A stretch of DNA of 64,000 bases from Camelus dromedarius. Its lineage: Eukaryota. The stretch spans positions 71,674,001-71,738,000 of the forward strand of contig NC_087436.1 of NCBI RefSeq assembly GCF_036321535.1, written 5' to 3'. Shown here in pieces: positions 13,100 to 25,350 of this stretch (position 1 is its first letter; every line of letters starts with the position of its first letter). The notes beneath the pieces were generated by a model that was not told the DNA's origin, searched no databases, and saw nothing but the letters and a program-made list of their open reading frames with translations. Made by a program: the position numbers and the translations under genes.

Positions 13100-15230
13100 C
13101 AGATAATTACTACCTACAAGTCGGTGCTGATAAATTATAAAATCTCAATGAGATAAAAGGTTGAGAGGGAAAATATAGATAATTAAAACGAATTCAAGAA
13201 AAATATCAAACATGAAAAAACCGATAAGCTTGGAAGAAACTGGAAGTTATCAACTAATTATCTGTAATAAAGGATTTTAGGACCAGGCAATTTTATTAGT
13301 AGGTAATTCAGTTCATTTTATTAAGCTAGTATAACCAAAATAGCAGAGGTGACCAAAGAGAGTCTAAAATACAAAACCTATAAATCTCACTTATGTGGAT
13401 TTGAAAGGTCAAAATAAGATAAGAGCAAAGTAAATTAATCAGCAGACTGGAGCGAACAGTTACCATAATCAAATAGCATTGATTTCAGGAGTCCAACAAT
13501 TGTTTAATCCTAGAAGAATCTATAAATCTTTCTTTAAATCTGTAAGTCAAAGGACAAAAATCATAGTCATCTCAAAAGATCTAAAAAGGAATTTGAATAT
13601 CAATAACCCATTATTAAGGAAAAAGAAAAGAAATTTTAAAAGCTAGAACTAGAAGGAACTTCTTTTAGTATGCAAATAAGGGAGTATTCTTAAATAATGA
13701 CATTGCAGGCAACATATCTCTAGAGTCATTTCTATCAATAATGAATAAACAAAGATACCCAACATCACTCTTAATCTGGCAGAGATATGTAAATGAAGAG
13801 GACAATCTGTCATTACATTGGAAGACAAAGTGTTTACACATTGTATAAAATGGTTTATACAAAAGTGGTATAGACTTAATTGAAAATCTCAAATTTTGTA
13901 CTCAGATGTAAAATATACAAATATCCATATTTTCTTATATACCAGAAAACATGTTAGAAAAATACACTAGATACACAGACATATATTTAGTGGAATACAC
14001 ATACTCCACTGACAATAGCATTCAACATACATAAAATACCCAGAAATAACCTAAACATATGTGAGAAACCTATGTAAAAAATGACATAATTTTACTATAA
14101 AATGTGAAGAAGGAGGGAGGAAAAACAGCAAACGTGATGAGACCCATATTTTTTTGATGGAAAGATGGAACTTTGAAAATATATCAATTCTTTCTCAAAT
14201 TAATTTATAATTTTTCCATAATTTTAATTTTAAAACATCTGACTAAAATCCAAAGTGTTTCCCAGGGAGTACAGGGACCCACATAATCTGACCCCTGATT
14301 AAATCTCTGATTTCATACCCTCCACCCCTCCCGCCTTCCAACCACACAGCCTTCTTCCTGCTCCTCCAGACCTGTGTTCCCTCTGCCCATGGCTACTCCT
14401 TTCTACTCACTTTCACTTTATGCAAATGCAGTCTCCTCAGAAAGACCTTTCTCAGACAACGTTATCTAATACCATCCACACCCTGTTCTTTTTCCTTTGC
14501 CACACCTATCACCACCTAACTTTGTGTTGTATATCCATTCCTGTCTGTTGTTTGTCTCCTCTAAAAGACTGTGAATCCAAGAGCGCAGTGATTGTCTGTC
14601 TTGTACATAATTACATCCTATTTCTGACCACTTAGAATGCCTGGCAGAGTGAAGGACTCTATAAAGATTTATTGAATGGAATAATGAGAAATCCCAACTG
14701 AATAAAATTATTCTAAATTTAATCTGGAATTGTGAATAGAAAAGATTACATAATAATGTTTTAATTCAGCAATAAAGGAACCTTGCTTTACCAAATATTA
14801 ACATTTATTTTAAAATCAAAGTAATTTCTCAAAAAGGTAATTAAGTCAATGTTGCATTGGGAAAGGGACAAGCAGATCAATAAAACAAAACAGAGAAACC
14901 CCAAATAACCGAAGTTCATAAAAGAACCTAATGTATTATGGAGGTAATCTCACAAAACAATGAATAAAAATAAATTATTCAATAAAGGGTGTAAAATTGA
15001 CCAGATCAACCTTTGGAAGAAAAAAAGAAGCTATTCCATAAAATCTAATAAACTTCATATTTTTAAAATAGTTTTAAAATAAAACAAAAGGAAAATACAT
15101 GTGAATATTTTGCTGATATTTGAGTGTGAACGATACCTGCTAGGAAATCACAAAAGCACATGAAAAGATTTGAATACATAAAATTTTAAAATTTACACAC
15201 ATCAAAAAGAGCCAAAATTAAAAGTTTCAG
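13100..15230 (+). mobile_element. Highly decayed L1M ORF2 fragments interrupted by an L2 fragment (about 14260-14690)
   Basis: A-rich ORF2-like motifs (gtcatctcaaaagat...aaaaaggaatttga; aaattattcaataaag) and an L2-like 3' end. Confidence 0.55.
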
Positions 15231-16659
15231 GATCCTAGGAAAAAAGCAACCAGGGAAAAGCATGGACTTTTCCCTCTTCAGTCAGGTTGGTGCCCAGGCC
15301 ATTACCATTTGGATGTTTCACGGAGAGATGGTTGTTTTTTGTGGACACAGACTTTTGCAAAATAAATTATTTAAGTTACACAGTAATGCATCTGTTACAT
15401 AAGAACAAAAAGTTTTACACAGACACACACACATATACATATATACACACACCCTCAACAGACATAGAGAAAAATATTTCTGTATTTGAAAACTTCTTGT
15501 GAAGGTCTCAGATTTATTTTGTAATTGGAAACAAATTAAAAAGATGGCTTTTTGTTAAAAAGGGGTACACAAGAGGCACTAAGCACAAAAATACCTATTT
15601 CTCTAACGCTTCTGTAAGGTGTTACAACACACGGTTACACTGCACTGAGTTACGCTACATATCACAGCACAAGTGAGGATTAACAACTCCCCTCTCCCTT
15701 CAGATACCTTTGCAGCACAGAGGCCTGGGCAGGAAGGCTGAAGGGGCTGCGTCTTGGGAAGGAGCCAGAGGGAAGGCCAGCTTTGCTGGGCAGCCCTGGT
15801 GGTGTCACAGAACTGGCATGAACCACCCATGCTGTAGGCACTCCAGATGTATTTGGTGGCAGCAGCAACAATGTCACTGCAGGAGGGAAGAGAGAGCATG
15901 GACTACTGACAGCTGCTCTGACTGATAGACCAGCACATGGAAGAAAACCTAGCGGACTTGCAGACCTAGTTTGGAAGAATCTGGGGGAGCTGACATTCTC
16001 ACAAAATGAGTGAGGACGGAGCTGGAAAACATGCCATTGTCATGGAGACCACATTTTCACCCCTGCACCTCTGTGGCCTGGGGAGAAAGCCTAATTCAAC
16101 TGCTTTAACTCCAGGAGTTCTTAACCTGGTGGAGGAAAGAAAGCAACAGTTGAGAATTTAATGGTGTTATAAAAGACAAAACTAAGTGGAGAATTTGGAA
16201 CTGACACCCAAATACTGTGAGAGTTTAGAAGAAAGTTCTCTGAAAACCAAAGGGCCAGAAAACATTTCATCAAGGAGAAAGGGATTTTAGTTTTGGCTGT
16301 AAAGAGTAGGTTGGCACTTAATAAGATGAGAAAACTGGAGATGGGAGGCAGAGCGCATTCTAGCGGCATGTTCATCCTGCAGCATCATCTTCATGGAAGG
16401 CTCTAGAAAGTTTATTCTAAGAAGCAATAGTAAAGATAACTAAAGCTCAGCACTTCACATATAGTCAAACCCCATAAAAGGACAATTTATTTTCCATGGA
16501 ATCTTATTAGAGCATCAGAAGTCGATACATTAAATATTTACCTACTGAACTTATTCTGAAGAAGAAAGGATGGACAGAGAGAAAAGCCATAATTACAGAA
16601 AAACCTATGGTGCTGTAATTTTACTGGAGGCAGAACCACTACAATCTGACAGTGTTGAA

Positions 16660-16675
16660 CGCCCCCTGGTGGTCA
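16660..16675 (-). promoter_or_regulatory. CTCF core motif
   Basis: Minus strand reads TGACCACCAGGGGGCG, a near-perfect match to CCASYAGRKGGCRS, with the CpG retained in otherwise CpG-poor DNA. Confidence 0.7.
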
Positions 16676-18653
16676 CATAGTGAAAATTGGTTGCTGGAGA
16701 TATTCATCCATTTTTCTAAATTGGAAGTGATTCCAAAGGATGAAATGGCATTGACCTGATTCTCCTATCCGTCCCCCTTCATTAATCTGTACACAAATGC
16801 AGCTCATCGCGATTTATTTCCTCTACCAACTCTATTGCATGGTGCTTCTAAAAGGCCCCTCCTCTGACCACAGCTATAGTAAAATGAAGAACTAGGGAGA
16901 ATTTGTAGACGGATACAATAATACGGTTAATTCCAATGGCAGGAAAATACTGTTCTTCATTTCTAAAGAAAATACCAAACATCGTGAAAATCAGTGGTGT
17001 GGAAAACTTGGACATTTACTATTATTCATACAGATTTCACTCTTTGCTGTGGAACAAACCAAGATTACACAAGTATGCAAAATCCCTAGCAAAATGCCTG
17101 TCATAGAGCAAGGGCTCAGTAAATATTATTTTTTTCCTTTAATAAATAATGATAAATATCTAAAAAGGGCTCAGAAACAAAATGGACCCCCCACACACAC
17201 ACACAAACTGGTATCTATGAGAGGTGATGGATATGTTAATTATTTTGCCTGTGGTCATCACTTCACATTGCATACATACCTCAAATCTTCATGTTGTTCA
17301 CCTCAAATACATGCAATTTAATTTTTTAATTACAAAGCTGGGGAAAATTAATAAAAACAAAACACAGAACAAAGGAAAAAGAGAAACGATAGGTTTGACA
17401 GAAAATTCAAGTGCCATAATGACACAGAACTGAAAATTTCATTATGGGATCTATTTTCTGCCTGCCATATACTGCTGCTGCTTTGCACTTGTGTGTGTCC
17501 TTCACTCAGCAACAGCTGAAAAGAGAAGAGTGGGAGAAAATTATCCACCTTCCCACCTCTTGAAATAAGGAAAACTCAATTCTCTGCCACTCACTGGACA
17601 TACGAGATTAAACATATTACTTATTTATTTGGGCCTCAGTTTCTCCATTTGAAAACATGAAGAGATTGTCATAGATGGGTTCTCTAAAGCAGCTCTTGGA
17701 CCACTAACAAATGAAGAGTTCATTTGTCCTTGGTGAAGTGAACAATGCAGAGTCTTACATGAAAGTAAATTATTAAATTAAAAGATTGCCAAAGATTCTG
17801 AGATCAAATCTTCTTACCCACATGGTGTTAAAATGTCCCTCCTTTTATGAAGCAGTGGTGACATGATTTTAGGGGTGGCTTTAAATGTCCTTACTAAGTA
17901 AAACATTGCCAACCCTAAACTGATCCTCAAATTTTGGATCTATGAAATCACTGGAAATCCAATGAAATTTGTTTTTTCTGAAAGAGTGTGTAAGGCAGAA
18001 AGACGGTTAAGTTTGGAGACTGGTTGACTTGGGCTTCAACCCAGTCTCTGTTAATTACAGATTATGTGACCCAAGATTTGATTAGACTCTCTGCGCTTGA
18101 AAAAGTTATTGATCTTGAAAACCAAAGAGCTGAAAACTCAGTTCCTTGCTGACTTCTAAAGGTCTAAAGGTCTAGACTAAATCATGGACATTGACCTTAG
18201 TTACACATGATATCAACTGGGAAAAAAAACACTTGAATGATTAAATTAACCTTGACAAGCGGTAGAAAACGGTGGAGATTCTATACACTCCAGGGCTAAA
18301 ATACAAAGAAAGAGAAAAAGACTGTGCATAAACGTCACAGACAAAGATTAGAATTCTAAGAGAATGCCTTCTGTATATGCTTATTCACAACTATTATATA
18401 CTAATATACACATGGAAGAGTCACTTCATCATTCCTAAAAACATCATTCCTAAAAACATGAGATCTTAAAATTCCAGATTTTCTTCTTGAATTTCATACT
18501 TTTATTGATATCAATTTTATGAACTCTCTTTCTCAAAAGGGAGAAAACAAAGGGAATTGGGGAAATGAGAACTGAATAATCACATAGGGGTCCCAGTCTT
18601 CCTTTTGGTCTTTAAGACTGCCTCCCCAAAGAATCTGGGGAATGGACAACACC

Positions 18654-18654
<1 letters not shown>

Positions 18655-18710
<56 letters not shown>
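18655..18710. repeat. (AC)28 microsatellite
   Basis: Direct reading. Confidence 0.97.
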
Positions 18711-18716
<6 letters not shown>

Positions 18717-20349
18717 CACAAAAACCCCTTCTCCCCTACAGTGTTCTTCCTTTGCCTCTGCCATACAAAGCTGCTGAATCCAAATATAGGTCACAGGCAC
18801 CATCTAGAGGCGTTAATCCTAAATTTGACTCTCATTTCTGTGAACTGATACAAGTCAGTTCAAAATTCAGGTGAGCACTCCCTCTAGGTACAGACTTGAA
18901 AATTAGTTAATCAAGTAAAATGTGCCCATCTCTAAATGCTGTCAGGGGAAGTAAGACCAAATGAAAAAATGTGTAATTATACACACCCCGTCAAATTGTT
19001 AGACTTATCAGTCTCACCATCTCATTCGTTAACACCTTTGTGGTTTCATTTGCTGCCTGTTTCACAAGAAAGATGTAAAACACAAAGGCCACAATTCTAC
19101 CTTTAGGGGTCAGGAGACGATGAAACCGGAACTACAATAATTCCACACAAGCCTCAACTCAAGAAATAACATGCCCTTTTAACAATGAAAATGTGTCTGC
19201 AATAAATGATATTAGATCCTCCGGTTACTGTTGCTACTAGGGACAACGTACATTTCCAGAAAGTTCAGCCTTCGTGTACCGGCTTTATCTCAACAGCAAT
19301 AACAAAATATCGGGGTGATGTTTTTAATCTGCACATTTTTCTATGTAACACTAGCTGGAATACATACACAGAACCCCTGAGATTCAACGGCTTATCTACA
19401 CCCAAGGTATCATAAATCATCATGCAAAGTTAGGGGACAGTTGAAAATAATGAGGAGCTAGGAGCTTCGTGTGCATAATTGAGTCCACAACTCAGGACTG
19501 GGTTTGATAAATACCTTGAACTCTCAGGATATCAGCAACCCAATTTAGAAGGCAGCTCAGCTTGGCAGAAATTATGCTGATTAGAGACACTGGAGTCCCA
19601 GGTTCCAGCACCTGTATCACTATCTAGCGTTGAGATCTAGGGCTATTCATTTGACTTCTCAGTTTTCCCATATGTGAAATAAATAGGCTTGTTTCTTGTG
19701 AATTATAAAGCTCTACAAGCATAAAAATATTCATTAAAATTTGAAAGTCCTAGGTGTAATAAAGCCTATCAAAATACCTGCCCTTTATTAGCATTGATAC
19801 TTTGTTTCTATACACCACTAGTGGGCAGTGTTGGGCTATTTGGCTAAGACACAGCCTGCAGGGTGGGCAATGAGATTCCTCTGGCACTGAATAATTGCCC
19901 CTGCAACTCTTCTCACAACTGGCTCAGCCCAAGTGCCCATTGCTACCATCCCAGTCTCACCTGTGCTGTAAGACACATCAACCAGGTAGATCAATAAAAT
20001 TTTAAAGAATAAAAAGCTCAACATTAGATTGTTTTTATTTCTCATTATAAGTTAATCATTAGCCCCCACTCTAATAGTTTTAGTTCAACCTTTAATCACT
20101 TCAGTTATATTAATTCATTAAAACTATAATTTTTCAAGAAAGACTTAAGATCTTATTTAATGAAAAAAATTATACAGGTTCTCGCTTTATCCAAATGTTT
20201 ATGAAAAGATGTAACAACACTTTTCATGATGACAAAATTAATGTTTCACTGTTTTTAGCTTCAAAAATTGTTCAGAAAAATCACAAATACTGTTTATCAC
20301 TATTTACAATTTGTGGCTTATTCTTTGTATAAGGATTTAATTTTTGCTT

Positions 20350-23110
20350 TTATAATTTATCTTTTATTGAGGTATAGTTGACTTACAATATGTAAGTTTC
20401 AGGTGTACAACATAGTTGATTCACAATTTTCAGATTATACTCTATGTATACTTATTATAAAATACTGGCTATATTCCCTGTGCTGTACAATATAGCCTTG
20501 TAGCTTATTTATTTTATACATAGTAGTTGTACCTCTTAATTCCCTACCCCTATTTTGCTACTCTCCCTTCCCTCTCCCCACTAGTAACCACTAGTTTGTT
20601 CTCTACATCTGTGAGTCTGTTTCTGTTTTGTTGTATTCACTAGTTTATCTTTTGGATTCCACATATAAGTGATAACATACAGGATTTCTCTTTCTGTTTG
20701 ACTCATTTCACTAAGCATAATATCCTCCAAGTCCATCCATGTTGTTGCAAATGGCAAATTTTCATTCTTTTTTATAGCTAAGTAGCATTCCACTGTATAT
20801 ATATACATCTTTATTCATTAATGTGTTGATGGACACTTAGGTTGCTTGCGTATCTTGGCTACGGTAAATAATACTGCTATGAACATTGGGTTGCACGTAT
20901 CTTTTCAAATTAGTGTTATAGTTTTCTCCAAATATATAGCCAGGAGTGGAACTGCTGGATTACACGGTAGTTCTATTTTTAATCTTTTGAGTAAACTTCA
21001 TACTGTTTCCATAGTGGCTGCACCAATTTACATTCCCACAGTATACAAGGGTTCCCTTATCTCCACATCCTCAGCAACATTTATTATTTGTGGCCTTTTT
21101 GATGACAGCCATTCTGACAGGTTCAAGGTGATATCTCGTTGTTTTGATTTGCATTTCCCTGATGATTAGCAACACAGCATCTTTTCATGTGCCTACTCGC
21201 AATTTGCATGTCTTCTTTGGAAAGCTGTCTATTCAGGTGTCTGCCCATTTTTAAATTAGGTTGTGTGGTTTTATTTTTTAGATGTCGAGTTGTATGACCT
21301 ATTTATATATTTTGGATATTAACCCTTTGTTGGTCATATCATTTGCAAATATTTTCTCCCATTCAGTAGGTTATCTTTAGATCTTGCCAATGGTTTCCTT
21401 TGCTGTGAAAAGGCTTTTAAGTTTAATTAGCTCATATTTGTTTATTTTTTTGTTTTGTTTCCTTTGACTTAGGAGACAGATCCAAAAAAATATTGTTACA
21501 ATATATGTCAAAGAGTGTTCTGCCTATGTCTTCTCCTAGGAGTCTTATGGTTTCCAGCCTTACATTTAGGTCTTTAATCCATTTTGAGTTTATTTTTGTA
21601 AATGGTGTGAGAAAATGTTCTAATTTCATTCTTTTACATGAAGATTATTTCCAGTTTTCACAACACCACTTACTGAAGAGACTGTCTTTTCTCCATTGTA
21701 TATTTTTTCTCCTTTTGTCATAGAGTAACTGACAGAGTAACTGTCATAGACTAGCACATAAGTGTGTGGGTTTATTTCTGGGCTTTCTAGTTCTGTTCCA
21801 CTGATTGGTCTGTTTTTGTGCCAGTATTAAACTGTTTTGAACACTGTAGTTTTGTAGTATAGTCTGAAGTCAGGAAGCATGATTACTGCATGATTCCTTC
21901 AGCTCTGTTTTTTTTTTTGTTCAGCTCTGTTCAAGATTGTTTTGGCTATTCAGGGTCTTTTGTGTTTCCACACAAATTTTTAAATTATCTGTTCTAGTTC
22001 TGTGAAAAATGCCACTGGTATTTTGACAGGGATTGCACTGAATCTGCAGGTTGCCTTCGGTAGAATGGCCATTGTAACAAACTAATTTTTCCAAACCATG
22101 AACACAGTATATCTTTTTATCTGTTTGTGTCATCTTCAGTTTCTTTCACCATAATCTTAACATTTTCTGAGCATAGGTCTTTTACCTCCTAGGTAGGTTT
22201 ATTCCTAGGTATTTTATTAATCTTTTTGATGCAACTGTAAATGGGATTATTTCCATAATTTCTTTGACAGTGTGTAGCTAGTATATAGAAATGCAACAGA
22301 TTTCTGTGTATTAATTTTGTATCCTGCAACTTTACCAAACTAATTAATGAGCTCAAGTAATTTTTTGGTAGTGTCTTCAGGATTTTCTATGTCATCTGCA
22401 AACAATGACAGTTTTACTCTTTTTCAGTTTAGATTCCAGTCTGTTATACCTAGGACTTCCAATAATATGTTGATTAAAAGCAGTGAAAGCAGGCATCCTT
22501 ATCTTGTTTCTGTTCTTAGAGGAAATGTTTCCAGTTTTTCACCACTAAGTATGATGCTGGCTGAAGGCTTATCATACATGGCCTTTATCATGTTGAGGTA
22601 TGTTTACTTTATATCCATTTTCTAGAGAGTCTTTATCATAAATAGATGTTGAATTTTGTCAAAAAGCCTCTTCTGCATCTATTGAGATGGTTTTTTGTTA
22701 TTTTATTCTTTATTAACATTGCATATCACATTGAATTGATTTATAGATCCTGAACCATCCTTGTATACCTGGGGTAAACCCACTTGATCATGGTGTATGA
22801 TCCTTTTAATGTATTGTTGGATTTTGTTTGCTAATACTTTGTTCATCAATGATAGTGTTCCATAATTTTTTTTTTTTTTTTTTTGGTGATACCTTCTTCT
22901 GGTTTTGGTATCAGTGATGCTGTCTTCATAGGATGAGTTGAGAAGTATTCCTTCCTCTGCAATTTTTTTTTTTTTTTTGCAATTTTTTATAATAGCTTAA
23001 GAAGGTGTTAACTCTTCTCTAAATGTTTGGTAGACTTCACCTGTAAAGCCACCTGGTCCAGGACTTTTGTTTGTTGGGAGTTTTAAAAAAATTACTTATT
23101 TAATTTCATT
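20350..23110 (-). mobile_element. About 2.8-kb 5'-truncated L1 (ORF2 3' half plus 3' UTR)
   Basis: Minus-strand ORF fragments are L1 ORF2: MKLEHFLTPFTKINSKWIKDLNVR, and AIKKNENLPFATTWMDLEDIMLSE; many frameshifts and stops. Confidence 0.95.
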
Positions 23111-23505
23111 CAAAAGAATCTATACATATTATTCAATAATTTGCTTTTCCCCCATTAGTTACATCATGAATATCCATATCATTAATTATCTTCCCCATCA
23201 TCTTCATTAATGTCTACAGTATTACATCACGGGCATAGGAAAAAACTCCATCAATTGCCTTTTTGGAAACTTAAGGTTATTTCTGATTTCACAACACTGA
23301 AATGAATATCCTTATTGATAAATCTCTATACTCTTTTTTGATATCTGGACATAACCTAAGGTTTAAAAAACTAGGCAACAATTATAGATGTTTCAATGTT
23401 CAGAAGTCTTCATTTGTTTCAAAGACTGTTTTAAGTAGATTCCTGGGTATCTGAAGAAGCCTTAGGTAACTGTTTTCTAATCTTGACTTTCACCAACTCA
23501 GAACC

Positions 23506-23850
23506 TGTTTTAGTCCATTTGAGATGCTATAATAGAATACATAGATGGGATGACTTAAACAATAAATATTTATTTTTCATAGTTCTGAAGGTTGGGAAGT
23601 CCAAGATCAGAAGATTCAGTGTCTGGTGAGCCCCATTTCTGGTTCATAGATGGCCGTCTCCTTGCTATATCCTCATACAAAAAAAGAGGGCAAGGGAGCC
23701 CTCTAGGGTCTTTGTAAGGTACTAATTCCATTTACAAAGCTCTACACTCCTAACCTACTTACCTCCCAAACACCCCACTCCAAATAATATATTAGGCATA
23801 AGGTTTCAACCTAAAAACTTGTGGGGGACACAAATATTCAGCCCATAATA
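23506..23850 (-). mobile_element. MaLR solo LTR (MLT1A-like)
   Basis: tgttttagtcc...gctataatagaatac...gggaagtccaagatcag...gggggacacaaatattcagcccataa. Confidence 0.85.
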
Positions 23851-24639
23851 GATGCTTTGGTTTCAGTTACTGTAAAAGAATCAAAGTAAACGTCTTGGAT
23901 CCATGTATCCCCATTCACTATTCCCATATAAATTTAGTTAATACTTCTCCCTAGCCACCAGCCTCCTTCCTTCCATTTCTCATTTTAGGATTCAGGAGAA
24001 ATGTGCATTCAAATTCAGGCTAAATTACTTATTACTATGTACTATGCATCCTTGAGCCTGAGATTTAATCTCTTTAAACCTAATGCCTTCATTTGTCAAC
24101 TGGGAATTATAACAGCCTCTAATTTACCAGGTTCTTGCAAACAGTAAATAAGCTAAAGCATGAAAAGCACTCAGGCCAGGACCTGACATAAATACTGTGC
24201 AGTAGATGATAGATATTATTGTCACTATTTTGTTCATTCTAGAATTTATCAAGCATCTGTCATGTTCTAGGCCTAAGGGGTAAAACCCTACACCTGGAAC
24301 TCTTTCTGCCCTCACACTGGGTACATGCTAATGAGGATACACATCCAAGTTACAATACAGTGTAGTAAGTGCCATGTAGAATTTGGAAAGAGCTATGGAT
24401 ACAAAGAGGAGGACCACTCAGCACAGATATGAAGCAGGGGAAAGTTCCCAGAGGAAATGACACTTCAGCTGCAGATGGTTGACGGGAAGCAGTGTTGCTA
24501 GGCACGTGAGAAAGCCTAGAGGGATAAAGATCAGCAATAGAATGACTGCATAAATTAAAGCTGAGTGTTTCAGAGTTACCATGTTGAAGACTCTGAACTC
24601 TATTTTTAAAAACAATGATTAGCAAAGGGTTCTAGGCAG

Positions 24640-25350
24640 GAAATACTATTTCCTTTTGAAAAAAGTCTACAGCTACCGAATGAAGAATAGATTGGATAGG
24701 CAAGATTACAGGTAGAGAGCAGTTAGGAAGATGTGGAGATTCAAGTGAGATGATTGTGGCTTATAGGTACCAGCAATGGAGACTTAGAGAAGCAAAAGAT
24801 TTTTATTATAGTATGAGAAAAGAAAGGAAGGTTAAAGGAGAGGGTGAATTCAGGATATTTATTTCTCTGACCTGGACAACTTGGTTGGTAGAGAATATAA
24901 AAAAAAGGACCAGGTTTGGTTAGGGGGTGATAATGAGATGAACTTTGGATATACTGAATTTAGTGCCTGCAGACAGCCAAACGGAGCTGTCCAGTAGTCA
25001 GGCAGCTGTATTAGTCTGAAGCTCTACATAGCCGAAGAATTGGAGGTGCAGACTTTGAATACTCAGTGCAGAAATGGTACTGAAGCCACAGGAACCAATG
25101 AGATCACCCAAGAGGAGGCAGTAGAATGAGAAGGTAAGGCCTAGAAAAAGCTCTAATGATCAAGACTTGAGAGGAACAGGAGGCCACAAAGGAAATACTG
25201 GAAATAGAAAGACTCATAGTGGGCTTTGTTTTGGAAATAGAAGAAAAATGTGGTTAAGCATACTAAATGCTGCCCAGCGGTTGAAATCAAGAAGCCAAGC
25301 AAAATCAGGATTGAAAAAGGTTTCAAGATGGCTGTGTTTACTGCAGGGTC
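24640..25350 (-). mobile_element. L2 fragment
   Basis: Purine-rich L2-like motifs (gaactttggatatactgaattt; atgagatcacccaagag). Confidence 0.55.

Noticed and set aside
15230..15960. GC-richer non-repeat-looking block, considered as a processed pseudogene or enhancer
   Set aside because: No poly(A) tail or TSD and no recognisable parent gene or protein match; cannot be supported without a search.
18427..18459. 15-bp tandem duplication catcattcctaaaaa
   Set aside because: Ordinary slippage duplication in intergenic DNA.
18533..18874. HTHT and VCVC repeat ORFs
   Set aside because: Translations of the (AC)28 microsatellite.
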